In this document: positions 1 through 10,800 of the stretch, piece by piece
Layout of the letters: each line of letters opens with the position of its first letter
Position numbering within the stretch: position 1 is the first letter of the stretch
NCBI RefSeq assembly: GCF_006345805.1
Contig: NW_021835109.1
Location: 1 to 42,568, forward strand
Origin: Octopus sinensis
Lineage: Eukaryota
Reading direction: 5' to 3'
DNA length: 42,568 bases
Program-made: the position numbers and the translations under genes
The notes under the pieces: model-generated
The model's input: only the letters and a program-made list of their open reading frames with translations
Told to the model about the DNA's origin: nothing
Databases searched by the model: none

Positions 1-44
1 TCTCATGCATCCATCTTCACAAGTTTGTCGTAAACAGAGAATAT
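1..44 (-). other. Candidate exon running off the window edge (minus-strand 3' splice site)
   Basis: The minus strand reads a long polypyrimidine tract ...ggttttattcttttttttctatccag|atattctctg. One frame is open to the edge (ILCLRQTCEDGCMR). Splice signal only, no homology. Confidence 0.35.
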
Positions 45-130
45 CTGGATAGAAAAAAAAAGAATAAAACCAAATAAAACAGAAACAAACGAAAAATCGC
101 TAACTGTAAACTTAAGTGTTTAAAAGGCTG

Positions 131-183
131 TGACGTCATCGTTCACGTGACGTCAATGTGGCCGTGATAATTAATTGTCAGTT
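131..183. promoter_or_regulatory. CRE/E-box cluster with Inr-like element
   Basis: TGACGTCA at 131-138 and 148-155, CACGTG at 144-149 overlapping the second CRE, TAATTAATT nearby, TCAGTT at 178-183. A donor-like CAG|GTGAAT follows at 226. Unique, non-repeat sequence. Confidence 0.45.
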
Positions 184-276
184 GGCATTGATGATGTTAG
201 TGCTGTTGTAGTTGTGTGCGCCCAGGTGAATTCTTATTGAATAGAGACACGACGCACAAATATTTAGACAAACAAT

Positions 277-340
277 CAAACACCTCCTTCAAACACCTAC
301 ATTGCAAACACCTACAAACACCTACAAACACCTACATTGC
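277..340. repeat. Five-copy CAAACACCT(AC) cluster
   Basis: CAAACACCT starts at 277, 290, 305, 315 and 325. Confidence 0.8.
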
Positions 341-1046
341 ACACTTCGACATGCAGTTGTAACGATTCCTCATTGAAAAACGGGAGAAGTTTTCAGTATT
401 TCACTGGTTTTATTAGTCAATTAGAGACCAGCCTTCTGACAGCCATTTTGACTAGATAAACAGAGACCCCTAAGCTCTTTTGCTCTCTTTCACTCGGTAC
501 TTGGCAGCTAAAAGCAAATTATCGTTGCCCTTCTCCAAATAAAACTCGCCTCAGTATAACGATGATGTTTTAGCTAGCCATCATCTTTTGGCGGCTTTAT
601 TAGCCAGACTTCATTGTTCTGACAATCATTTCGATTATATAAACCCAAATCCTTTTTTTTTCTTTCTCTTTCTGCCATCACTCATCAGCGCAGCAGTCGT
701 TGTCCCTTCTTCAAGAAGAACTCAGTATTAAGTGGAAACAATATGTCTATTCTGAGACTCATTTTTATACTATCGAAACAGCAAATAGTCGTATCACTTT
801 CCAACGGACCGAGTGAAAGCAGCAACACAACAGAACCGGTCGTCTGTCCACTCTAATTCACTCGACAAAAATAAGTATCTATTCTCTTACATTCAATGCC
901 ATAACTTGTATCTCTTTTTCTCTTTGCTCTTACAGCGACAATTTTCCTATCCACATCACTTCTGGACCAAAAGAGGAATTTTAATTTATGAACATAAGTC
1001 TGATATGCAACACACTAATGATTTGACAACCAATTAATACACTCAC

Positions 1047-1208
<162 letters not shown>

Positions 1209-1209
1209 A

Positions 1210-1452
1210 GGCGCAGGCATGGCTGTGTGGTAAGGGATTTGCTTCCTAACCACATGGTTCTGGATTCAGTTCCATTGCAAGGTACCTTGAGCAAGTGTCT
1301 TCTACTATAACCCTGGACCGTCCAAAGCCTTGTCAGTGGATTTGGTTACTAAGAAACCCAGCGTATACATAATATATCTATATGTGTGTTTTTTGTGTCG
1401 GTGTACGGCCACCCCTCCCCACCACCAATGGCTGATGTTGTGTTTACGCTTA

Positions 1453-1511
<59 letters not shown>

Positions 1512-1589
1512 GTTCTGGGATAAATTCGTTCAACTAAAATTCTGCAAGGTGGTGCCCCAGCATGGTCGCAGTCTAATGAAACAAGTAAA

Positions 1590-1592
<3 letters not shown>
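1210..1592 (+). mobile_element. tRNA-derived SINE, family A, interrupted by (TAA)n
   Basis: A-box-like TGGCTGTGTGG, B-box-like GGATTCAGTTCC, and head and tail colinear with the copy at 15205-15620. Confidence 0.85.
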
Positions 1593-1626
<34 letters not shown>

Positions 1627-1627
<1 letters not shown>

Positions 1628-1711
1628 ACGAAGGGCTTCCACACAGCTTCCGTCAACCAAATTTAATTCCTTGGCGAAGCATTGGTCGGCCCAGGGCTAT
1701 AGTAGAAGACA
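1627..1711 (-). mobile_element. SINE family A core fragment
   Basis: Reverse complement of the gtcttctactatagcc...ccgacca core seen at 1210 and 15205. Confidence 0.7.
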
Positions 1712-1744
1712 AGAAAAAATGCAGAATAAACAATCGCAGGTGTG

Positions 1745-1900
1745 AGGAGTGTATTCACATTAAAATGTTGTGAACACAAATAAACAAAAGCAACGGAGTC
1801 ACCTTCTTATCTGTAATAATCTTTATCTTTACAAGATAAAGATTACTATTACATCATTCGTTTGTTTGTTTTGATAAGGTTTCATGTAAATACACTCCTT
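1745..1900. repeat. Degenerate fold-back (MITE-like) element
   Basis: aggagtgtattcacat and atgtaaatacactcct are inverted (15/16), with a central hairpin tctttatct-ttaca-agataaaga. Confidence 0.45.
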
Positions 1901-2114
1901 ACGCCCACTTTTGTTAATCGGTCTTTCAGTACTGACATACCTTCCCGAAGACGGTCGCTGTAACAGCCGACTTCTCTTACCGGAGTTATCTGCCCTGCAT
2001 GAGGCAGATGGAATCTAAGATTTGGATTTATCTGACCACTTCTTGGTGGCTGTTACACCATAACGCTTGCTCGACCGTTCTCCAACGAACAATTTATAAA
2101 TATATTTTTTATTT

Positions 2115-2245
2115 TTATTTTATCGACCCAGAAAGAACGAAAGTCAAAGTCAACCTGGATGGAATTTGAACACAGGACGTAAAGAGCCGGAAGAAATGCC
2201 GTTAGGGAGTTCGTTCGACTTTCTAATGATTCTACTAGCTCACCA
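2115..2245 (-). mobile_element. tRNA-derived SINE, family B, degraded
   Basis: Colinear with the copies at 40975-41150 and 42060-42266. Confidence 0.7.
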
Positions 2246-2889
2246 TTTTCATGTATATATACATATATATAGCAAAAGAAGGGGTATATTTCCACGCAGG
2301 AAAAAATCTAGGCAAATTTGTTGTTGAAAATGCACCAAAATTTGAAAAATTGTTTTAAAATAAATTTTTGTACATATATACCAAACTACATTCAACAATA
2401 TTTTTTGTTTATCAATTGAGAATTGTGATTTAGAAAAACATGTTCAAAAATTTCGATGCTGACAGGTTTAACTGTTCATAACATTCAATATTAAAACTGT
2501 GCAATCAATTTGTTTGAATGTACAAAGCTCCTTAGTGTTAGTAGGGATCGACAAGAAATGAATATCATCAAAGTTTCAGTCATACTGAGTTAAGAGGGAA
2601 AAAAACAAGGGAGAAATGAAGATAGTAAAATAAAAGGGATTTGATTTACAATTTCTCTGATCCTTTTTCCGTCGTGTGTAGGAACTTTCTCTTGTAACGG
2701 TGTTTTGTGGAATCCGGTCTATTTATAATTTTTACCGCGAAGGGCTCTGATTTTTGATTCGTTAAAGTACTGGTGACCTCTTGTTTTTCCGGTGGTCAAG
2801 TTTGTCGTTCTGCCTGGTTGGCTTCCAGCCGTTCCAGTTGGTTGTAACAACATCTGATAGCCTAGTCGGTCACGTGATCACGTGATGTG

Positions 2890-3068
2890 CGTGTCTGTTT
2901 GTCCACCCCCACCACTTGACTACCGATGTTGGTGGTTTCATACCATCGTAACTTAGCAGTTTGGTAAAGAGAACGATAGAATAAGTACAAGGCTTAAGTT
3001 CGATTAAGTTCCTTCAAGGCGATGCCCCAGAATGGTCACAGTCAAATGACTGAAGTAAAAAATAAAAG
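2890..3068 (+). mobile_element. SINE family A 3' half
   Basis: gtaacttagc...gatagaataagtac...ccccagaatggtcacagtcaaatgactgaa matches 15420-15620. Confidence 0.8.
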
Positions 3069-3081
3069 ATATATATATATA

Positions 3082-3720
3082 CTAGCAGTATCGCCCGGCG
3101 TTGCTCGGGTTTGTAAGGGAAATAACTATATAAGCATTTTTAGAGAGTTATAGCCAGAAAATAGCAAAAAATGCATTAAAAATGGAAAAAATATGATGGT
3201 AAATTTTTTTTAAAATCGTTGACTCATCGTAGACATTTTTAGAGAGTTACTTCCCTTATATAATAGCGAAAAAATGCATTAAAATGGAAAAAAAAAACGA
3301 TGGTAAATTTTTTTTTAAATCGTAGACTCATGTAGACGCTTTCTTAGCCATTTCTGTTTTGGTGTCTTCAAGCCATGAAGTCGTTGTTCTAAAAGAACAC
3401 TGGTCTCCTTGACAACGCATTACGACGTTGATTTCCTTACACTCCCTTCCCCACAGGTGCAGGTGTGAGCGTGGACGCCAACTCCGCCGCCATCGACACA
3501 CGAAAAATTATGCATTAAAAATGGAATAAAAAATGATGTTAAATTATTTTTAAAATCGTAGACTCATCGTAGACGCGCGCTAATATTCAGACGGGCTCGA
3601 TATGAATCACGACTATAAGCTACCCAAATTTGGTTAAACTGTACCGCAAAATGTGGGAGTAGTTAGGAATCTAAATCGAAGGGGACAGACACTCACACAA
3701 CTACAGTTTTATATATAAGA
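3082..3720 (-). mobile_element. Non-autonomous Helitron (639 bp)
   Basis: The minus strand starts A|TCTTATATATAAAA and ends with hairpin CCCGAGCAACGCCGGG then CTAG|T. It contains three internal ~65-bp imperfect repeats. Confidence 0.9.
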
Positions 3721-3749
3721 TATACATAGCGCAGTAGTGGTGAGATATG

Positions 3750-4015
3750 ACAGCAAAGAAAAGCATACATTCACTCTCTGCATGCAATTAGACTCGGAAA
3801 GTTCGTGAGGAACCCATTGACCAATTTGCTGACTTTTCCGATAGCACACAGGTGTCAATGAATGGTTGAATGACCAAATCCAAGCTTCTCTGCTAGTTCC
3901 TCAACAGTTACGATGATATTTTGTTCCACCAGGGTTTTCAGGATGTCCTTGTCGAGTTCTACAGATCTTTCAGGATGAGGCTCGTCTTCTAGGCTGTAGT
4001 TTATGGCTCGGGATT
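3750..4015 (-). pseudogene. mariner transposase N-terminal fragment
   Basis: Translates as WFQK...SLEDEPHPERSVELDKDILKTLVEQN...TVEELAEKLG...(G)QWVPHELS, with a stop and a frameshift. Confidence 0.8.
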
Positions 4016-4978
4016 TCTGGAACCACCATTACACACTTACGCTTATTGTCCAATCCCCATATACTGCATTATATTTCTTGTACTTTGCACACATTTATAT
4101 TCTGTTATTCTTTTATATGTTTCAGCCTTGAGGTTGTGGCCATGCTGGATCATGTGTGTGTGTGTGTCTATCTGTCTGTCTGTCTGTATGTATATATGTA
4201 TATGTATGTGTGTGAACAATAATATTTTCAACAGATGTGTTGCAAATGTATCTGATTGTTCTCAAGCTTCAATACTGTGTGTGTGTGTATGTGTGTGTGT
4301 GTGTATGTATGTATGTATATGTATGTATGTATATGTATGTATGTATGTATGTATGTGTGTATGTATGTATGTGTGTGTGTATGTATGTTGTGTGTGGTGT
4401 GTGTGTGTGTGTAGTAGGTATATGATGTATGTATGTATGTATGTATGTATGTATGTAGGTATGTATGATGTATGTATGTATGTGAGGGTATGTTTACTTT
4501 TTACTAATACTCTCTTCCAAGAACATTTTCACTCTTAGCTTCCCATACATTTTACTCATGTATCTATCAGCGTCATAGACAGAATACTTTCACTTTAGTC
4601 TTCCTCAAATCACTCTGTCGCTATTTACTTTCATTTTATTCGTTGCCCACTGTGTGTGTCGTTTGCGTGTGGTGTAACCAGACTAAGAAAAGCATTTGAC
4701 ACACACACCAGAATGTGAGTTTTCTGTAAATTTTGCTTAATTGGAGTTTAAATTTTAAAAACTGGACCTGGCATGACGCGATGCATTGTACTCTTAAAAA
4801 TGCTAGGTAAATTGTAATTGAAGAAATCCTATATTGTAGATTTGTATAACTCCCAAAGGGAGGCAGATAAAATCTGCCTTTTATAATAAGATATAATATA
4901 TATATATATAATATATATATATTATATATATATAATAGATATATATATATATATATATACACACCACACACACACATA

Positions 4979-5810
4979 CAGTGTGCGATGGGTAAATTGT
5001 GGCCATTTCATATTTTTAAATTCGTGCATGCGCATTATTTGTTTTTGATTTTGTCGACTACACAGTATAGAAGGGTCAGTTGGGCACGGTCTGTGAGAAA
5101 AATAGCACCATGACGCAAATCACTCTTCCAGAAATTTGGAAACTGTACTGCTTGGCATTAGCACTGGTAGCTCCAATACGAATATTTCAAAGTGTTTGGG
5201 TGTCAATCTAAGGACAATGCAATCTGAGAGTGATAAAAATCAAACATCCACTCAACACCATGGTTTTTGGAGTGAGTACTAGTGATGGCAACGTTATACC
5301 TCCATTCATCTTCTCACATGGCCTCAGACATGGAGGACTACATCAAATGCCTGGAGGAGGTAGTGCTGCCCTGGGTCAAGACAGTGGCTGCTTGAAGACA
5401 CTATGTCTGGCAACATGATCCTGTACCAGGCTACACAAACAAGAAAACCCAATCATGGCTGTCAGACAATTTCTGCAAGTACACCACTCCTAACATCTGT
5501 CTACCTAACTCCCCAGACTGCAGCCCCCTTGATTATTATGCGTGGGGTGCAGTCGAGCAAGAGACCAACAAAACACCTTGCAACACCAAAGATGAACTAA
5601 AGGCACGGATTATGGTGGCAGCAATCACCAATTTAAATGGGAAGACCGTCCAGAAGAGCTGCAGGAGATTTCGGAGTCGTCTGGAGGCCATGGTTGAAGC
5701 GATTTGTTTGAACAAATTTACTCTTCAGTATTTTAAGATATTTTATGGAATTTTGGTAAATATATCTGTTGATATATGACATGTTTATTTTAGCATAATT
5801 TAGACGACAG
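4979..5810 (+). mobile_element. Internally deleted DD37D (maT-type) Tc1/mariner element
   Basis: Starts TA|CAGTGTGCG. Contains KHP..MVFG..SDG.V.PPFIF, then VWQHD (D at 5417) and PNSPDCSPLD (D at 5531) with 37 residues between. Right TIR not found. Confidence 0.8.
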
Positions 5811-5828
5811 TTTATGATTTAGAAAAAC

Positions 5829-5867
<39 letters not shown>

Positions 5868-5872
<5 letters not shown>

Positions 5873-6012
5873 AGTTAAGTTAATTTTTTGGCTCAAAAAG
5901 CAAAAAGGAAGGCCATGTAGGGGGACATGGAGTTATGTACAGGGTGGTGTTCATGCAAAGAGTTCAGGCCATTTCTGGTCAAGAGAGACTTTGAACCGAG
6001 CGCCTGATGTCT
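5868..6012 (-). mobile_element. CR1-type LINE 3' end, older copy
   Basis: Reverse complement of the 3' UTR and (TAAC)-type tail at 29150-29287. Confidence 0.85.
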
Positions 6013-6419
6013 TTAAACAGGTCGTCGTTGTTGTTGTTGCTGTTGCTGTTTAACACTGAGTCGGGTCTAAGAGGCTTTTGAGCATCTTTCTTTCATGAAA
6101 CCATCCTGTCTGTTACAAGGTTTCAAGAAAAACCTTATCCCTTGTGATTTGAGGAAGATTTCGTTGTTATTTCTAACAGGTCGAGCGACTACGAAGACAC
6201 TTTCTTGTCGTTAGAGGTTGTTGGTGTTGTTGTTGTTGTTCAGTACCCGGTCAACGCAGGTTCCTCAGATTAGTTTTCAAAAGCGTTCCATCCACGACCA
6301 TCCTGTGTTTTTCTGCCTCAGGGACTGCAGATTCTCTATCCTTCTTCCTTATTTTGTGTGAAGAATTGTTCTTAACTCGAGTGCCATAAGGTGGCACCCT
6401 CGATTTAGAACTTGGAATG

Positions 6420-7118
6420 ATGGTGGTTATGGTGATGATGATGGTAGTGGTGAGGGTGGTGGTGAGAGTGGTGGTGGTGGTGGTGGGAGATAATGGTGGT
6501 GGTGGTGGTGATGGCGGTCGTGGTGATGTTGTTATCTTATTCACTGTTTGGTATTTATGTCATTGACCACAAAACCGGGATTGGCCGAGGTTTCCGTTAT
6601 ACGTTCCTATGTTGATATTTTTGTTGTTGTTGATTGCGTTACTGTTGTCGTCAATTCTGATTCAGCAGACCCATAATGAAAGAGGTGTTTCAAACTGTGA
6701 CCACCTCGTCCGTATTTTGGGGTAAGACTAAGTGTATCTAGGACTACAGAATCTGTTGTGTCCTTCCTGTTTTTAATCAGGACGGTGGGGACCATTTGGC
6801 TGCTATTGAATTTAGCAAGTCGATCGATCGCATAAGAAGCACTTTTGTTTGCCCGATGTTCCAGTTGCTGTCGTTGTTGTTGTTGTTGTTGACAATGATG
6901 ATGATGGTGTGGGGATGGTTATGGTGGTGGTGGTGGTGGTGGAGGAGGAGGAGGAGGAGACAGAGGTGTTCATGATGATGATGAGATGGTGGTAGAGTTC
7001 ATCATCATCATCATCGTCATCACCGTCATTCACGACCATGATGTTGATTTGAATGATGGTGGCGGTGCCGGTATTGATGATAATGTTGTTGTCGTTGTTA
7101 TTGTGCTGACATCATAGC

Positions 7119-7156
<38 letters not shown>

Positions 7157-7465
7157 GGTGGGAAGGAGGAGGGGGGCGAGAGGGAGGGTGCGTTGTTGTG
7201 TTATAATCTGGGATGGGTCATTGTTGCCGATGTTTACAGTTTAACTTGTCGAGAGTGATGTAACGCTCGACAACGGATGTTTACTAACACCATCACCCCC
7301 TCCCTCCACCACCACCACCAACAACAACCACAACAGCAACAACAACAACAATAACAACAACAACAGCTACAACAACCACAACAACCACCTCCGTCTCCAC
7401 CACTACCTTACCACAAACGAAGAGGAGGAATAATACTAATAATAACGATAATACTAATAATAACG

Positions 7466-7502
<37 letters not shown>

Positions 7503-7700
7503 GAAGAAAGAAGAAGAAGAAGAAGAAGATGGCGGTGATAGTGGTGGTGGTAGTGATGATGATGATGAAGAAGAAGAAGGAGGAGGAGGAGGAGGAGGAG
7601 GAGAAGAAGAAGAAGAAGAAGAAGAAGAAGAAGAAGAAGAAGAAGAAGAAGAAGAAGAAGGACACCGACTTCAATAACAACAACAACAACAACAACAACG
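6420..7700. repeat. Mosaic of (GGT/GAT/GTT)n, (GA)n, (CAA)n, (AAT)n and (GAA)n tracts
   Basis: Directly visible; source of several low-complexity ORFs. Confidence 0.9.
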
Positions 7701-8266
7701 ACGACGCTGACGTTTGAACAATGCTGTCTCAGTTTGTAAGATTTCTATCTGAATAAACTGTCAACGTTGTGGCGCTTTGGCCAGTGTGATGTAACTTTGT
7801 CAGTCACTCATACAGACAAGTGGGTGAGGGACTGAGTCAGCGTCACATTGGTCTTCAGTTCAATCCCACTGCAAATGGGGGGAGGATCGCTTTATTTGGT
7901 TCAGTCTCGGTAAGCTTCATTCTGTCAGTGACAAACATCTGGGAATATTACTGGCTTTAGACAAAGAATCTATGAAGCAGTTACAGTCAACAAGTGCCAT
8001 GTATACATGTTAGTGTGTGTACGTATGTGTATGTGTGTGTATATATTATATATGTATACGCTTGAAATACGAGAGTAAAAAAACAGCCAACAACTGATGA
8101 AGGGTCTTTCTTTATGTCTGTTTTGTTTACCATTTGTGTCTTTCGTTGTTCAAAAAAAGAATTATTCATGTTCCATGTACTCGTGCTTCGTATTTTTTTG
8201 TTGTACACGTTTCGTGACGTCCTGTGCCCACATACGCATATATTATATATATATATTATATATATA

Positions 8267-8300
<34 letters not shown>

Positions 8301-8312
8301 CATATATATATA

Positions 8313-8366
<54 letters not shown>

Positions 8367-8498
8367 AGAGTAAATAATTTCTATAATGGTTTTTAAAAAA
8401 AACCCACAATTATTTACTGGTAGAATTCGGTTATGTAAATATAGCCGATTAACGGTAGGAACTTCTGTAAAGTTCAGTATATATATACATATATATAT

Positions 8499-8696
8499 AA
8501 GTAAAAGGGACAGGCAACAAGTTGCTTGGCCGCATACTGAAAAATTAGAAATAGCAGTCAAGACTGTTTTTTCTATTTTCTACAAGTGTATGTCGTGTGT
8601 GGAGCCCCACTTGTAGAAAATAGAAATAACGGTCTTGACTGCTATTTCTAATTTTTCGGTATGCGGCCAAGCAACTTGTTGCCTGTCCCTTTTACT

Positions 8697-8697
<1 letters not shown>
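8499..8697. mobile_element. Near-perfect fold-back element (90-bp arms, 19-nt loop) in (TA)n
   Basis: Arms 8499-8588 and 8608-8697 are reverse complements with 3 mismatches. Confidence 0.9.
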
Positions 8698-8734
<37 letters not shown>

Positions 8735-8745
8735 AATATATAATA

Positions 8746-8782
<37 letters not shown>

Positions 8783-8790
8783 ATATATAT

Positions 8791-9072
8791 TGCGTCTCTT
8801 GCTCTCTCTGCAATTCCTTGTACATCGGACAAACGGGACGCCGCTTGGCTGACCGGTTCGCGGAACACCTTCGTGACATCCGCCTTGCGAACGACACACC
8901 GGTCTCACGCCATTTCCGCTCCACCGGTCACTCCTTGCAACACCTATCTGTGTTCGGTTTGTCCTTACACAGAGGCTATCCGGATCCCCGTTTGCGCCGT
9001 GAACAGGAATTAATCTTCTCTCTTCGCTCTTATACGCCATTTGGTCTCAACTCTCCCCCCCTCCTCATCTAA
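8791..9072 (+). pseudogene. Penelope GIY-YIG endonuclease fragment
   Basis: CVSCSLCNSLYIGQTGRRLADRFAEH...RLRREQELIFSLRSYTPFGLN shows the CxxC-YIG, RxxEH, E and N motifs. Confidence 0.9.
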
Positions 9073-9754
9073 CTCCCCTCTCCCCCCTTCTCACCTATCC
9101 TTCCCCCCGACCCCTACTTCTTCAGTCCTTCATCCTTTCACCCCTACTCCCCTTCCCTTCTTCCCTCTGCTCCCTCACTCCCCTTCTCTCCCCTCCCCCT
9201 TCTTTCTCCTTCCTCCCCCCATCCTCCTCCCCTTCCTTCTCCCCCCTCTCTCCCCCTCCTCTCCTCTCCCCCTCTTCTTCCCCTCCCCTTCTCTCCCCCT
9301 CTTCTCCCCCTCCCCTCTTCTCCTCACTACACCACACGACTTTACACATCACATCATATATGATGTGCCATACTAATACATACACCAACTAATACATACT
9401 AATACATACTAATACATACTAATACATACACCAACCCTATACATACACACGTCCAGACCCCTCATACGCACTTATACTCTCTCATACACACACACACACA
9501 CTTATACATACTAATACGTACTAATACATACTAATACATACTAATACATACACCAACCCCATACATACGCCTGTCCAGACCTATCCTAGGGTCATTCAAC
9601 CCTATTATCAACCCTATTATCTCCCCTTATTTCGCTCTCGCGTCTCATGTTTGATCTTTGACCTCTGGCCGAAATCAGATCGCCATGTTGATTCGTTAGT
9701 TACTGCACGCATTTTTTTCTCTCCTTCTTTCTGTGTTTTTTTTCTCTCTGTGTA

Positions 9755-9792
9755 TCTTTCTGTTGAAGAGCGTAGACTCGAAACGTTAAAGA
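9755..9792 (+). ncRNA. Minimal type I hammerhead ribozyme-like motif (A6U variant)
   Basis: UCUUU-CUGUUGA-A-GAGC[GUAG]ACUC-GAAA-C-GU-U-AAAGA, with palindromic stem III AACGUU. Confidence 0.6.
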
Positions 9793-10670
9793 CTTGTTTT
9801 ATTTATATTTCCTGAGCGCCATACTAATACAATTGTTTGTTTGTTTTCCACCTGCCTTCGTCTTTTGTCTATTTTCATAAAGCTTCCCGTTATATATATA
9901 TATATATTCATATAGGCGTGTGCGTATGCATATACACACGCACACATCCACACACATTTAAAATACACATTATATTTAAATCGAGGTTTCGGCTACAACT
10001 CAAGTTTCATGTCTCAACCTCTTCCAGGGGTCTATACAATAGATTCAATCGGTTACATCTTTAGAGACAAATTTTTATATTAGAATTTCATTTAATCTGT
10101 TGCAAAATCAATCTTTTTCTGTGACACTAAACGCGTTTGCAAGTTCCATGATGGCAGATTCTTCATGGCCAAAGAACAAGAGGAAGAACGACACTCCATC
10201 AAGCGACTATATAAACCGATCCTTGAAGTTGCAGGACTTTTCTTGCCATTAGCTGGAGGTCAGTTTGTGAATCCTGTCCCACTCTTTAGATTTGGAGATT
10301 TGACCACAATAGCCGAGTGATCTAAGACAGTGACCAGTAAGAGAACGCCACTGCGGTGGCCTTCTCTTCAGTGGACCGCCTTACAAGGCTGGAGAGCTCC
10401 ACCTACCCTGGAGTTGCTGGAAGCGTTATCAAAAAAAGGCACCAGACCGTCTTTGATTAGCCGTCGAGGTTGACACCCCTAATCTTTCCCTTTAGCAAGA
10501 CACAAGGTAACTTTCTTACAATACTGGAAATACTCTGTTCAAGACTGAACTAGCGAATTCCTTATTCCAGCTGTCACAATATACGTGATAACTCACCAGC
10601 GAGCGAATGTCTTAGCAATGGACAATTCCTTAAACAATTTCCTTTATAAGTTGATGTCGATATTTTGAAA

Positions 10671-10800
10671 CAAATTCCGCCGAGGTCGACTTCTCCTTGC
10701 ATCCTTTCGGGGCCGATAAAATAAATACCAGCTGAGCACGGGAGTTGATGCAATCGACCAGCCCTCCTCACTAAATTTCAGACTTTGTGCCTAATTTTGC
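10671..10800 (+). mobile_element. SINE family B fragment
   Basis: caaattccgccgaggtcgac...atcctttcgggg matches 41000-41070. Confidence 0.75.

Larger units (their letters stand above)
8791..9890 (+). mobile_element. 5'-truncated Penelope-like element: GIY-YIG, C/T-rich tract, minisatellite, terminal repeat with hammerhead
   Basis: GIY-YIG coding fragment, pyrimidine tract 9050-9330, (CTAATACATA)n blocks 9370-9590, hammerhead-like motif 9755-9792. Confidence 0.8.

Noticed and set aside
2871-2884. Tandem CACGTG E-boxes
   Set aside because: They are the degenerate terminal tcaccgtga repeat of the interspersed element also seen at 14745.
6251-6795. Minus-strand ORFs of 97 and 62 aa as host-gene exons
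   Set aside because: They are partly trinucleotide repeat, with no recognisable domain, weak splice support and no clear codon bias.
7154-7186. G-quadruplex candidate after (GA)n
   Set aside because: One loop is 8 nt and it sits in a low-complexity context with no functional link.
8094-8230. CTGATGA at 8094 and minus-strand GAAACGT near 8209 as a hammerhead
   Set aside because: The two halves are on opposite strands and no stem II/GAAA follows in the right order.
10330-10500. Possible RTE-LINE 5' UTR with an HDV-like ribozyme (minus strand)
   Set aside because: Only a vague resemblance from memory; I could not build the nested pseudoknot.
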